Shown: positions 1 through 10,777 of the stretch, piece by piece
Layout of the letters: the number at the start of each line of letters is the position of its first letter
Numbering within the stretch: position 1 is the first letter of the stretch
Source of the DNA: Trichormus sp. ATA11-4-KO1
Lineage (GTDB): Bacteria > Cyanobacteriota > Cyanobacteriia > Cyanobacteriales > Nostocaceae
Assembly: GCA_019358915.1 (NCBI GenBank)
Contig: JAHHIM010000005.1
Location: forward strand, 112,111 to 176,110
Reading direction: 5' to 3'
DNA length: 64,000 nucleotides
Notes under the pieces: generated by a model
The model's database searches: none
What the model was told of the DNA's origin: nothing
What the model saw: the letters and a program-made list of their open reading frames with translations, nothing else
Translations under genes and position numbers: made by a program

Positions 1-210
1 GAAATTTTATGCCGAAATACTCTCACTGGCACTACTTCAGTGAGAACTTATTACCTACAAGATTTCTCAACCTACGGTACAACCTGGTGTTTAGGCCCCA
101 ATGGTTGGCAACAAATCCTCCGTGAGGAAGTTCCCTTACAATCGGGAATGCAGTTAAAGTTTGGAAGTTCTAGAGGTGAAATTTGGCAATTTGTGATTGA
201 AGATACCTAA
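1..210 (+). CDS. 3' end of an FHA-like domain-containing protein (partial, runs off window)
   Basis: Frame 1 open to TAA at 208-210; YYLQDFSTYGTT...LQSGMQLKFG resembles the FHA C-terminal half. Confidence 0.6.
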   Translation, partial: EILCRNTLTGTTSVRTYYLQDFSTYGTTWCLGPNGWQQILREEVPLQSGMQLKFGSSRGEIWQFVIEDT

Positions 211-646
211 GGAGTGAGGAGACAAGGAACAAAAGATTTTTTTCCCATGGCCAATACCCTAATCACTAGTAAAAAATCAAATTTTAAGTACCTACGTATG
301 AATCAATTCAAAATTCAAAATAGAGCCTCCGGCACGCTGCGCGGTAAGCGCAGCCATGCCCGCCAGGGCTTTACAAAATTCAAAATGAAATCGCTGTATT
401 CTCATACTGTCACCTGTTACCGTTCGGACTTCGGCGTGAGCGCTCAGTCGAACGCTGACGCTCACGGTGAAGCCTGTCACCTGTCCCCTTTCCTGGCTAG
501 ATAATTTATTTTGCACGACTACTTATTAGCTAGTTCCATCATCAAAAAACCATATTTATCGTTAGACAAAATTAATTTTTTACGGAAATCTAAATCAGAC
601 AGTTGTAGCTGTCAATACTGCTAAATAATTCATCAGGAGGCAACAA

Positions 647-1285
647 ATGACTAACAAAAACAACCGTTCAGAAACTTTCCTATCTCAGGTCGAATTAGAG
701 TTATTAGAGGTGTTACTAGCACCAGATGACGCCCCTTATCCTTGGAATCCGGCTGATGAGGATTCAGAAGCGTATTTTGACGAACTAGAACGGCAGTTTG
801 CCACACAGGATTTGCTAGATGAGGAACTGACTACCAAATCACAAACTTTTTATGAACAACTAGACAGCCTGTGGTCTAAGGTTTCTACTTGTTCGCGTGA
901 CATTTGTGAAGCAAATCAGTCAGTTGTAGACAATCTTCAGTTAACTTTACATACAGCTTTTGCTCATGGTGTACCCCAAGGCTGGCTCAGCGCGATCGCT
1001 CATAAAGCTGCGGAAATTTTTACTTCTCAACAATCCGTGGGCGAACAACTGGTGCAATGTGTACAAGCTGTATTACCTACTTGGGGTGCAGACGATTTGT
1101 TTGTTTTAGCCCGTCCCTTTGCTTATGCTATGCGTAGCAGCGAATCGCCAGACGTGAAATCAATAATTAATAACATTGAAAACCGAGACTGGAAAACTCT
1201 ATCGGAAATTGAGCAAGCAAAGGTTAGTGTAGCGATCGCTTACTATGCTTTCAAGCAATTAAACCGTTCTCAGTCTGAAGACTAA
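647..1285 (+). CDS. conserved cyanobacterial hypothetical protein
   Basis: 212 aa ORF, AGGAGG RBS upstream, YPWNP motif, host-like composition. Confidence 0.75.
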   Translation: MTNKNNRSETFLSQVELELLEVLLAPDDAPYPWNPADEDSEAYFDELERQFATQDLLDEELTTKSQTFYEQLDSLWSKVSTCSRDICEANQSVVDNLQLTLHTAFAHGVPQGWLSAIAHKAAEIFTSQQSVGEQLVQCVQAVLPTWGADDLFVLARPFAYAMRSSESPDVKSIINNIENRDWKTLSEIEQAKVSVAIAYYAFKQLNRSQSED

Positions 1286-1729
1286 TTTTAATCTTTGATT
1301 TTTGTCGCTCTCTAAACTTTATTTCAATTCAGGTTGTAAGTATTGTTGCTTGCAGACTTGCAAATAATGTTTATGTTGTAAATTTGAGAATTGTTGTTAT
1401 TTTTGAGACACAAACATTCCATAATAATCTAACCATAGAGTGATGGCGATAATATCGCTATCTATCTGAAAATATAAAACAAAATTGCCATTTGCTACAG
1501 CTAGCCTAGCACCCCATAATAAAAATCCAGTAAAAAAGTAAAAGGCAAAATATTGTATAATTCCAAGCCGGATTTAATTGGATTTTTTTGCTCAAAAGCC
1601 AGTCCAGCACAGACTTTGATTCTAAATAAGACTAACTTTTGCAACTTGGTACAAACAAGAGATCAGGAAATTTTGGCAATCAATTCTGATCTTTTGACTT
1701 TTGCCTTTTGACTGATTAACTGCCATTAC

Positions 1730-3118
1730 TTATTTAGGCCCAATAAAGCGAGTGGCAAAATTTTGCGATCGCGTCGGTGACAACACCCGTGCCTTGAGAA
1801 TTGCTGCCATCAAAAAGGCGTAAGATAATACCCCAACAACCACTAACAGTAAAGCATTGATAGATCCTGTAGCGTTCCACAAAGCGTGGAGTGCAGAGGC
1901 ACTAAGATAACCAATAGAGAGAATCTGCCAACTCATCCGGGGTTTGAGTACAGCCAACCCGATAAAATACCCCAGATAACCACTGTAAGCCATATGTCCA
2001 GCTACAGAGCCTAAAATTCGCGGAATTAGCAGTTGAAACCCTGCCAATTGACCAGCCGCCCCAATGCCCACCTGTTGCGTAATATTTGGCACATACTGTC
2101 CCAGAGTTTCCAGCAAGGTGAAGCCCACAGCAGAAGCTGTTCCCAGGAGAATACCATCTAGAGGTTCCCAAATACCTATGCGTTCCCGCCAAGGTGAAGG
2201 TAATCCTCGGCCAATGTAATATGCTCCAATTAAAGGTAACGCTTTGAGTAGTTCTTCCATTAATCCAGCACCGAAAAACATCCGCACCAGCAATTCGGTA
2301 AAGGTGGTAGGTTCTTGAGGTGAAGGCAAGTTACCAGGTAGGATGACACGAAACACAAAGATAAATAAATCCAACAGGGGACTGAGTAAAATCAGTGTTG
2401 TACTCAAGGCCGCACCCATTAATACCCACCAAGGCTTCTGTTTACCGCAAAGTTGGTAAACAAAATAGTAAGCAGCAGATGCTATGTAAGTCGCTACTAT
2501 TACCTGATTAGTTTGGGGCTGACCGACTGTAGCAAACATCAGCACCACAAATATTACTGTGAGTATTCCCGGTACGAGATAAGCTTTGCGAGTTAAATCT
2601 TTACCTGTGGAAATAATGGGAAAAAGTTGCGTGAAGCTAACCGAATCTGGCTGTTTTAAATGGGTGTGTCCGTGGTGATTTTTCGCTGATGGTAGTGGTT
2701 TGACTTGGTTTGTCATCACGGTGGGTTGCGAGATCAAGTCATACTCGAAAATAAATTGCGGCCCATCAGCACCTAGAGCAATGCGATCGCCTGCGTGTAA
2801 TTCTTGACATGCAGATAATCGTTTTCCATTTAAAAAAGTGCCATTAGCACTATTCAAATCACAAAGTACCCAACTAAATTTGCTATCTAGAGATGAGGAG
2901 AGGGGACGAACCACAGCATGACGGCGAGATACCATCCGATACATCATGGCATCCAAGACAACTTGGCAGGTGGGGTCGCGTCCAATTACTACCTCTTTAC
3001 TGGTAAGCAGCGAGTAGCGAGATTCTGACCCAGAAGCTGCCCCATTACTAGACACTAGCCGTAGAAATGCATTATGTCTTGCGTTTTTGCCTGTCATCGA
3101 GTTAGAGTGTCTTTCCAA
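1730..3118 (-). CDS. FHA domain + PrsW-family intramembrane protease (start may be Met at 3097)
   Basis: FHA motifs IGRDP, VSRRHA, DLNSANGTFLNG; PrsW motifs EELLK, GFTLLE, H..WN; multiple TM segments. Confidence 0.9.
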   Translation of the reverse strand: MERHSNSMTGKNARHNAFLRLVSSNGAASGSESRYSLLTSKEVVIGRDPTCQVVLDAMMYRMVSRRHAVVRPLSSSLDSKFSWVLCDLNSANGTFLNGKRLSACQELHAGDRIALGADGPQFIFEYDLISQPTVMTNQVKPLPSAKNHHGHTHLKQPDSVSFTQLFPIISTGKDLTRKAYLVPGILTVIFVVLMFATVGQPQTNQVIVATYIASAAYYFVYQLCGKQKPWWVLMGAALSTTLILLSPLLDLFIFVFRVILPGNLPSPQEPTTFTELLVRMFFGAGLMEELLKALPLIGAYYIGRGLPSPWRERIGIWEPLDGILLGTASAVGFTLLETLGQYVPNITQQVGIGAAGQLAGFQLLIPRILGSVAGHMAYSGYLGYFIGLAVLKPRMSWQILSIGYLSASALHALWNATGSINALLLVVVGVLSYAFLMAAILKARVLSPTRSQNFATRFIGPK

Positions 3119-3652
3119 ACAAATTCATAAAAAATACTTTGGCAGTAGGACTTAACTTTAGCCACGCCAACAGCAGCATTGCTAACTACACTATAGCTTT
3201 ACTTACTGCGAAGAAATTTAAAATTTGCTCATTCAAAATTTAAAATTGCCTAACTCAATATTGATAAGCATTCTAGCTGGAAAAAAATTTTTCTGTGCTT
3301 GATTTATCAGTTGCATTAATTAGAGTCTATGGACATTCTAAAGGATGAGTGAAAATCTTCAGTAATCTAGAGCGGGCGTAGTCGATCAAAATACAGATGT
3401 GGTAGGCAACACCCGCCTTAAGTGGATTTCAAAAATCAAATAGGAACTCTAATATTAGGTGAGACAGTCTTGACAATCCACTGTAAATTTCCTGCACAGA
3501 AATTGTTCAAATATTAGTAGTATTTGCCACATTTAGTTCCGTTTAAAAATATAAAGTTGGCAATGGTATGCTATGAGTTATATTTTTCTACTAAAATATT
3601 TCTCAATTGTCTGCAAAGTTTTGTCAGGGCACAGCACTAAAGATATTTCAGT

Positions 3653-4255
3653 TTATTTGACTGTAGCTCTCTCTAGATGCTCAATCTTAGTGCCCAGTAC
3701 TTGCAAAAACTCTGCTAACCAACGGGAATGAGCTGGCCAAGCAGGTGCTGTGACTAAATTGCCATCAACTATAGCTTCATCAACTGGAATACTTAAGTAA
3801 ATCCCTCCAGCACTCGTAACATCTGGACTACAGGCAGGATAGGCAGTACATCTCTTTCCTTGCAGAACATCAGCTGCCGCTAACAACTGTAAACCATGGC
3901 AAATAGCAGCAATAGGCTTATTAAATTGGACAAAGTGACGGGTGATTTCTAGCACCTGCTGATTTAAGCGGATGTATTCTGGTGCTCGTCCTCCAGGGAT
4001 AACTAAGGCATCGTAGGCTTCTGCTTTTACTTCTGCAAAGGTGGCATTTAAAGAGAAGTTATGACCAGGTTTTTCACTGTAAGTTTGGTCTCCTTCAAAG
4101 TCGTGAATTGCAGTTCGCACCTTGTCACCAGCCTTCTTGTCTGGGCAAACGACATCAACGGTGTGTCCCACCATTTGCAAAGCCTGGAAGGGAACCATGA
4201 CTTCATAGTCTTCTACATAGTCCCCAACGAGCATCAAAATTTTTTTGGCAGCCAT
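3653..4255 (-). CDS. DJ-1/PfpI family protein
   Basis: [21 protein letters not shown] nucleophile elbow. Confidence 0.92.
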   Translation of the reverse strand: MAAKKILMLVGDYVEDYEVMVPFQALQMVGHTVDVVCPDKKAGDKVRTAIHDFEGDQTYSEKPGHNFSLNATFAEVKAEAYDALVIPGGRAPEYIRLNQQVLEITRHFVQFNKPIAAICHGLQLLAAADVLQGKRCTAYPACSPDVTSAGGIYLSIPVDEAIVDGNLVTAPAWPAHSRWLAEFLQVLGTKIEHLERATVK

Positions 4256-4380
4256 ATTTTGGTATCCTTACATGCTTAGTCATAAATTTAGAGTAAAGCA
4301 CCACATGAAAGTGATGAGTTAACAAAGCGTAACGCAGGCTACAGACTCTATTTTTATTTGATCAAATAATAATGACTAAT

Positions 4381-4833
4381 TTAAAGCAGATGAAATTCTG
4401 CTATTGCTCGGGGAAAGTTTTTGTTTTCATGTCCCGGACGGCTGAGTTTTATCAGGGCAAAACGCTGTAAGGAAGTTAATTCTGCCCACTGTTGCAGCGA
4501 GAGAGTAATACCTATTTCTTGCGCTTTTTCCTGAAGGCTAGCTGGCATAGTGCTAGAGTCCATCCATGCAGGATAAGAATCAATGGGTAATTTTGCGACT
4601 GGTGTACCTGTGCGTTCTAAAATTAGCTGCTCGATATATTCTTGGTAAGCTTGAATTTCTGTTGTTGTAGTACAAGGTAATTCGACTAAGGCTTGGCGTT
4701 CAGCTTGAGTCATTTGGTGCCAATCAGATAATTTTAGCTTGATACCACAGCTATCTAGTTTGTAGCGTACCTGCATGGGTATGCAACGTAAGGCATCAAC
4801 AAAATCTGCTTCAAATTCAAAGAAATTTGCCAT
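4381..4833 (-). CDS. narM: nitrate reductase-associated protein NarM
   Basis: FFEFEADF..LRCIPMQVRYKLD..GIKLKL and LQRFALIKLSRPGHENKNF motifs; position downstream of narB. Confidence 0.88.
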   Translation of the reverse strand: MANFFEFEADFVDALRCIPMQVRYKLDSCGIKLKLSDWHQMTQAERQALVELPCTTTTEIQAYQEYIEQLILERTGTPVAKLPIDSYPAWMDSSTMPASLQEKAQEIGITLSLQQWAELTSLQRFALIKLSRPGHENKNFPRAIAEFHLL

Positions 4834-5029
4834 AATACCATTTTAGATTTTAAATTGTCTTCTGCGTCTGGATTTTACAAATCAATCTATCGCCATGATT
4901 TTTCATCATGATGAAAATACAAACATGCATAATTTATTTAATTAACTATTATCATGTTTCAGTTTTAAGATGAAAAATAACTTTCAGGGTTAATTCTCAT
5001 GATTTTGCTAAAAAAGAACTATATTAAAC

Positions 5030-5488
5030 TTAACGTGTAGACCTGGAGTTACTTAACCGAATTATTAAATAACTAATTGATAGAGCAAGAACAGCAAATC
5101 CTAAACCAATGATATCAAAACCTGTAACTTTCTCTAAATCAAGTATAATTATTTTACGCGCAATAGCAATTAAAGAAGTAACAATAACTAATTCAACTTG
5201 AAATACATGTTTTCGCAAATAGGCTGTGATGTTTTCTAAAATTTCCAAAGCAATTAATATATTCAAAAATAACCCAAAAATTGTAAATAATGTTGTATTG
5301 AATTGTCCATATGGTACAGTAAATAGCTCTTTTACCAGGAAAATACCCAGTTCTCCAATTGCTACCAAAATTACCAACACCATCAAAATAGATAGAGTTT
5401 TGGAAACTAGCACTTCGATGTTTTCGATAATGTGCATAAAGTTTTGATCATTAGTAGCTTCGACCATGCGCCTCAATAGTCGCCTCAT
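5030..5488 (-). CDS. phosphate-starvation-inducible PsiE family membrane protein
   Basis: Four TM segments, LIALEILENI and IAIARKIIILD motifs; lies between the narB tail and narM. Confidence 0.85.
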   Translation of the reverse strand: MRRLLRRMVEATNDQNFMHIIENIEVLVSKTLSILMVLVILVAIGELGIFLVKELFTVPYGQFNTTLFTIFGLFLNILIALEILENITAYLRKHVFQVELVIVTSLIAIARKIIILDLEKVTGFDIIGLGFAVLALSISYLIIRLSNSRSTR

Positions 5489-5658
5489 CTACTGCACCCC
5501 ATTTTCCCGCAAAAAGATAAAAGAAAAACCTCATAGATATATCTAGAGGATGCCAAAATAATACCTTGCAGATTCTTTGTAGGTTTTTGATTAGTCTTTA
5601 TTTTTGCTTGACTATTAATTAAATTACCAATTTACTGTTTAGGTATGTACTTAGTAGC

Positions 5659-5914
5659 TTACCATTGTGAGGACTGAAGTTGATAATTTTTGACTGTCAT
5701 CTCTACAGAAATTGGTAGCAGTTGCACTGCACAGGCTTTTAATTCAGGTTGCAGAGAATCGGGGCAAGATTCCGGATGAGTCAGGGCGTTAGCTTCGGCA
5801 TGATCTGCCCATAAAGTCCCCCAGTGCATAGGGACAAACACCGTACCAGGAGCGATCGCGCAGCGTGCGTTTTACGCGTTCGCCTTTGTAACTTTAGCAG
5901 GAAACTTGCCTTGA
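5659..5914 (-). pseudogene. narB: orphan 3' fragment of narB (second, diverged copy)
   Basis: [37 protein letters not shown] matches the end of the intact narB (12207-12386); carries a 24-nt insertion at 5860-5883. Confidence 0.9.
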
Positions 5915-5944
5915 TTTCAACGCAGACTGTTTTCTCACAGCACC

Positions 5945-7285
5945 TTACGCTGGGAAACACCTGCCAAACGCCTGAAGTAATTTAAGAGAACCACTGATCC
6001 GAACTTTGCGCCTTAACAGTGCCCAAATCAGACTTTGTTCTTTGGCAAGAAAACCGAGCCACGTTTTGCTGTCTGCTGTGACAGAAAGATTAGCGTTTCC
6101 AAGGTGACCGTCCTGAACCTGTACAGTTTTATTATGAATCGTCACCGTCGCACAACGAGACTCAGCACCTGTGAACGTGAAGTGGTAAATTGCGCTTAAC
6201 CCCTCCGACTGATTTCGTTGAAATAGCAATGGTAATCCGAAGAGAAAGCCTTGAATCGATTGGGGACGAATTCCACTGCTCACACGTCTCACTGTTTTAT
6301 GGGGAAAGCGTCGCGCAACATAGCTTTCTGCATCCGATCCTGGCACCACATAGATCGTTTCGGTTTTGTCTTGCAACGGTTTAACCACTTCTTGAACAAA
6401 CGCTTTACGATCGCTCAAAAACGGCGCAATCACATCCTCTCCCGCAGGACAGACCGCCATGCAATAAGCCGCTTTATATTGGGCATTAAAGGACAAACTT
6501 TGCCACATGGAGGCGGATTCAGAATCGTTGACTTTTTGCCGATAAGCATGAGCGCTCTTACTGTCAGCGATTGTCCCTGCCCAATCGGTAAACCCGCTCA
6601 TAAATTCACGGTAATTATGGGTATAGCAGGCAGAGAAACTAAAGTGACCGTCGGCACCGATCGCACCGACTGGACAAGCGGCTACACACAACTTGCATTC
6701 GACACAGGGATTGTAGTCGATGGGATGAGTGTATTTTGTTACGGCTGCATCAATCAGAATCGTGCCCAGGGCAATGAAATTGCCAAACTTCGGATGAATC
6801 ACCAACCGATGAATGCCCATATGACCTAACCCAGCTGCCACCGCGACAGGCTTGTGGGAAATAACCCAGACTTTGCCAGGAAATTGATCCATTTCCATCG
6901 GGAAACTTGCCCCTGGCACCATGCCGCGTACCCCAGTCTGCTCCAAGGTTCTGACAATCCTGCGAGCGACTTCATTGGCATGATCATAGTTAGCATGAAA
7001 TTCAAGGTTGGCAGCAGAACGCACAGGCGTGCGAATATTTTCCCGATTCATTCTGGTGACAAAACTAATCAGCGTTTTAGTGGGTGGAAATGCCCGCAGA
7101 ATATCGGCGTGCTGATCGGCGATCGCGGGTCGGTCAACTTCCACAAATCCCACATCATCAGCACCCGCCTCTAAGCAGAGCGATTGAAGAGCGTCTGAGT
7201 TCAATAGAACAGTAGTTGCTGATTGGTTACTTGTAGCCTGTTCCCGCCACCATTTCACAGTAGGGTGATCATCAAATTTAGCCAT
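5945..7285 (-). CDS. QueG/reductive-dehalogenase-like 4Fe-4S protein with C-terminal SCP2 sterol-binding-like domain
   Basis: SHKPVAVAAGLGHMG, CVECKLCVAACPVGAI Fe-S motif, CMAVCP; C-terminal SCP2-like ADSKTW...KVRISG. Confidence 0.8.
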   Translation of the reverse strand: MAKFDDHPTVKWWREQATSNQSATTVLLNSDALQSLCLEAGADDVGFVEVDRPAIADQHADILRAFPPTKTLISFVTRMNRENIRTPVRSAANLEFHANYDHANEVARRIVRTLEQTGVRGMVPGASFPMEMDQFPGKVWVISHKPVAVAAGLGHMGIHRLVIHPKFGNFIALGTILIDAAVTKYTHPIDYNPCVECKLCVAACPVGAIGADGHFSFSACYTHNYREFMSGFTDWAGTIADSKSAHAYRQKVNDSESASMWQSLSFNAQYKAAYCMAVCPAGEDVIAPFLSDRKAFVQEVVKPLQDKTETIYVVPGSDAESYVARRFPHKTVRRVSSGIRPQSIQGFLFGLPLLFQRNQSEGLSAIYHFTFTGAESRCATVTIHNKTVQVQDGHLGNANLSVTADSKTWLGFLAKEQSLIWALLRRKVRISGSLKLLQAFGRCFPA

Positions 7286-7382
7286 TGCGGACTCCTGAAT
7301 GGATGTTTACCCGTACTTACAAGGTTTTGAGCCATGCAAGTTCTTCCGATCCAATGCGTTATGTGACTGATTGCAGGGAGTA

Positions 7383-8444
7383 TTATGATCCGTGCTTGAC
7401 CTGCCAGTGGTCACTACTCATCACGAACTGCGGCGCAGGTGGCATAGGGTGGAAGTGCTCACGCTCAAACCGATCCAGATTGTACCCCGGCGTAAAAGGG
7501 ACGAGATTGAATTGCAAGAAGGCGCGTAACCGATTGGCAAAGGTCTTGCGGGCAAACGGCATTGCAGCATAGCGCCGGACTGTTGTTTCAAAATCTTCCG
7601 CTGGATGTCCGGTCAGATCCTCGACAACATCGTTCGGCGCACCAAATTCAAACGCGCCTTGCTTGTGGTCTTCAATGTAATAACGGAAGTTGCTCAGTTC
7701 AAAGGCGGAGACCCCCTGTAAGCGCGCCGCCCTTTCAAACATCCACCACGGTAAGTTAACAGCAAAGACAGGGCTTTTAAGCACTTTCCGAACAGTTTTG
7801 GCTATATCATAGGCAGACACCAGTTTTGGTCCCGTCGGGCGATAGATTTTGCCAGCATAGCGATCAGGGTTCATCAGTAGGGCAACGACAACGCGGGCAA
7901 TATCTTCATTAGAAGGTGGAGCATTGCGGCTGTCGCCAGTCAAAACGGGAAATATCCCCAGCAAAGAGGCGAAGTCGATCAACCGCAGATAGTTATCGGC
8001 AAAGTACCCAGGATTGAGATTCACATAGGCAACGCCGGGAATGGTAGACAACATCTGCTCGACCAACCACAGTTGGCGCGTTTGCAGAGACGGATGGTTC
8101 GGACTGGCGAGCCACTGGCTGAGTCCCACGACCGCTTCGAGCTTTGACTCCCGGGCGGCGGCAACAAACACAGCCGCGCTCTGAATCATGTACGGGTGGA
8201 ACGGCGGGCAATAATAGGCGCGCACAGTTCCCCGCATCGCCTCCAGCATCTGATCGGGATCGAACAGATCGGCGACAACGGTTTCCACGCCAAGACGGTC
8301 GAGTCGTTTGCTCCGCCCATCACGTGAACGGACGATCGCCCGCACGGGCCAGCCTCTCTCAAGCAGTTGGGCAACTACAGCGCCTCCCGTCTTACCCGTT
8401 GCACCTGTCACTAAGATCTTGGGGGGATGATCAAATTTAGCCAT
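7383..8444 (-). CDS. NmrA-family NAD(P)-binding protein
   Basis: ILVTGATGKTG Rossmann motif; GGAGG RBS supports the start at 8444. Confidence 0.88.
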   Translation of the reverse strand: MAKFDHPPKILVTGATGKTGGAVVAQLLERGWPVRAIVRSRDGRSKRLDRLGVETVVADLFDPDQMLEAMRGTVRAYYCPPFHPYMIQSAAVFVAAARESKLEAVVGLSQWLASPNHPSLQTRQLWLVEQMLSTIPGVAYVNLNPGYFADNYLRLIDFASLLGIFPVLTGDSRNAPPSNEDIARVVVALLMNPDRYAGKIYRPTGPKLVSAYDIAKTVRKVLKSPVFAVNLPWWMFERAARLQGVSAFELSNFRYYIEDHKQGAFEFGAPNDVVEDLTGHPAEDFETTVRRYAAMPFARKTFANRLRAFLQFNLVPFTPGYNLDRFEREHFHPMPPAPQFVMSSDHWQVKHGS

Positions 8445-8468
8445 TGAAGCCTCCAGATTCGTTTTTGT

Positions 8469-8480
8469 ATGTATATACAT
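8469..8480. promoter_or_regulatory. palindrome ATGTATATACAT, probable MarR operator
   Basis: Perfect 12-bp palindrome upstream of the NmrA gene; identical copy at 8964-8975. Confidence 0.65.
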
Positions 8481-8502
8481 GTTTTTTGCAAAGCCTCTTA
8501 GG

Positions 8503-8958
8503 TTAACTCAAGGTTGTTACCTCCGATAACAGCGACAGCAGAGTTTGCCATTTCTGTTCTCCAAAGTGTTGTCTGAGTTCCGCTTGCACCTGCTCCCACA
8601 AAGGCATGGACTCCGCTAGAACCGCCTGTCCCTCAACCGTCAAAGATACCAACTTAACCCGCCGATCTTCCCCTGGGGCGATCGCAACTAATTTCTGTTT
8701 TTCAAGCAACTTAATATTTCGAGTTACCGTGGTTTGGTCAGCAAATAATTCTTGAGCCAAACGAGTGATAGCGACAGGCTCAAACAGATGAATTGCTACG
8801 AGGAATGTAAACTGGTTTACCACCAAACCCGCCGGGCGCAATGCAGCATCATATACTTGCGTCAAGATTCGCGAAGCCCGACGAATATGCAGTCCCATAC
8901 AGGTCGCCGGGACTTGATTGGCGATCACAAGTTTTGCTTTGAGAGGGGAATCATTCAT
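8503..8958 (-). CDS. MarR-family transcriptional regulator
   Basis: C.GLHIRRASR...YDAALRP.GL, DQTTVTRN, EDRRVK wHTH motifs. Confidence 0.92.
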   Translation of the reverse strand: MNDSPLKAKLVIANQVPATCMGLHIRRASRILTQVYDAALRPAGLVVNQFTFLVAIHLFEPVAITRLAQELFADQTTVTRNIKLLEKQKLVAIAPGEDRRVKLVSLTVEGQAVLAESMPLWEQVQAELRQHFGEQKWQTLLSLLSEVTTLS

Positions 8959-8963
8959 ATAAC

Positions 8964-8993
8964 ATGTATATACATATAATTTGATATTGTCAA
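8964..8993 (-). promoter_or_regulatory. marR promoter (TTGACA-17-TATACA) overlapped by the ATGTATATACAT palindrome
   Basis: -35 TTGACA at 8993-8988; palindrome at 8964-8975 covers the -10 region just before the ATG. Confidence 0.6.
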
Positions 8994-9088
8994 GTAGAAT
9001 TTGTCTTGTTTAGTCAATCTCATTTGATACTGAGCTTTAGCAAAGAAGCTTGGTACGCTACCAGTAATTTCAGTCACATCTGCGGAAT

Positions 9089-9736
9089 GTGGGATCAAAT
9101 AGCGCAGGAATTAAAACAGAAATTTATTCCCGTTTATTTTCAGAAATATTTTTATACATCCGCCAATATAAACCCCTCAACCCTTGGCAAGCGGTAGTCA
9201 TTTATCCCACTCGCAACGTAGATACAGCAGATAGAGGTCATCACGCAGAATTATTACATAGCCATCGTGTGCAGCTGATTCATTTAGATGAATTGGGCGA
9301 AACAGCATCATTACCAATTGGGATTGCTACCATCAGATTAGTTATAGAAAATGAAGAGACAGCAATTACCACAGCCAGAGAGTTAATCAATAGAACAAGG
9401 CAAGAAATTGATACAGAAACCAAACAACAGCAATTATTAGAATTGATAGAGACGATCTTGGTTTACAAATTCCCATCTATGAATCGAGAGGAGATTGAAA
9501 GTATGTTTAGTTTAAGTGATTTGAAGCAGACAAAGGTTTATCAAGAAGCTAAACAGGAAGGCATACAGGAAGGTAGACAAGAAGGTATACAGGAAGGTGC
9601 GCGTCAAGAAAAGTTGAAGTTGATACCTTTACTGTTGAAATTAGGATTGAGTGTAGATCAAATAGCACAGGAATTAAATTTGCAATTAGAGGACGTACAG
9701 CAAGAATTACACAGACAATCCCCGAATCAAGATTAA
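9089..9736 (+). pseudogene. Rpn/DUF2887-family putative nuclease, 5'-truncated
   Basis: WQAVVIYP, LELIETILVYKFP, LKQTKVYQEA.QEG.QEG repeats; the usual N-terminal domain is missing. Confidence 0.75.
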
Positions 9737-9742
9737 TAAATT

Positions 9743-10247
<505 letters not shown>

Positions 10248-10277
10248 TTAGGATAATTTTTGCCTTTTTTCATATTT

Positions 10278-10369
10278 AGGACTTACGCACTCGCTACAAA
10301 AATCAAGGCTTTGAGATTGCTTCCCTACGGTCGCAATGACGAAAATACGTGGTTGGTTACGTAAGTCCT
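10278..10369. mobile_element. MITE-like element with AGGACTTACG/CGTAAGTCCT terminal inverted repeats
   Basis: Inverted termini visible; the same left end recurs at about 63876. Confidence 0.6.
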
Positions 10370-10382
10370 GATATTCTAAAGT

Positions 10383-10550
10383 TTACTTTCTTGGATACCT
10401 TTTATAATGCCCTCTTACAGGAGTTCCATCTTTCCGACGATATGGTGTTGAACAATGCCAAAGGACGTAGGCTTTATTGGCTTGCTCCTGAACTGATGCA
10501 GGAAGATCGTCTAGCTGTTTGCGAAATGACTTTGTGACACTTGATTTCAT
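10383..10550 (-). pseudogene. truncated ParE/RelE-like toxin fused to an unrelated C-terminal fragment
   Basis: MKSSVTKSFRKQLDDLPASVQEQANKAYVLW then PYRRKDGTPVRGHYKRYPRK*; ATGA overlap with the upstream antitoxin. Confidence 0.65.
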
Positions 10551-10777
10551 TTTTTTGTTGGAAAAACTTGATCAAGCGGAACGGTTTCACCTTTCGCAAT
10601 TTCCTGACGTACCATTGCAGCCATCTGATCCCATTGATCATCGCTTGTAGCAGCAAAATGAGCTTCCCATTTTTGTTCGTCTTGTAATTCTGCTAAAAAT
10701 CGAGTAGCGATCGCATCTTGTTGATCAGGTGGGAGTTTTTGGATTTGGGCGATCGCCTGTTGAAGGAGTTCAGTCAT
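10547..10777 (-). CDS. putative antitoxin
   Basis: MTELLQQAIAQIQKLPPDQQDAIA...LQDEQKW acidic small protein, translationally coupled to the toxin remnant. Confidence 0.75.
   Translation of the reverse strand: MTELLQQAIAQIQKLPPDQQDAIATRFLAELQDEQKWEAHFAATSDDQWDQMAAMVRQEIAKGETVPLDQVFPTKK

Noticed and set aside
214..516. Short ORFs on both strands
   Set aside because: They overlap nested short dispersed repeats and have no protein-like motifs
6251..6829. 192 aa plus-strand ORF and other antisense ORFs in the track
   Set aside because: Shadows of well-supported genes on the opposite strand
5945..8958. MarR unit as integron cassettes
   Set aside because: No attC-like hairpins were found between these genes, and the unit has its own promoter
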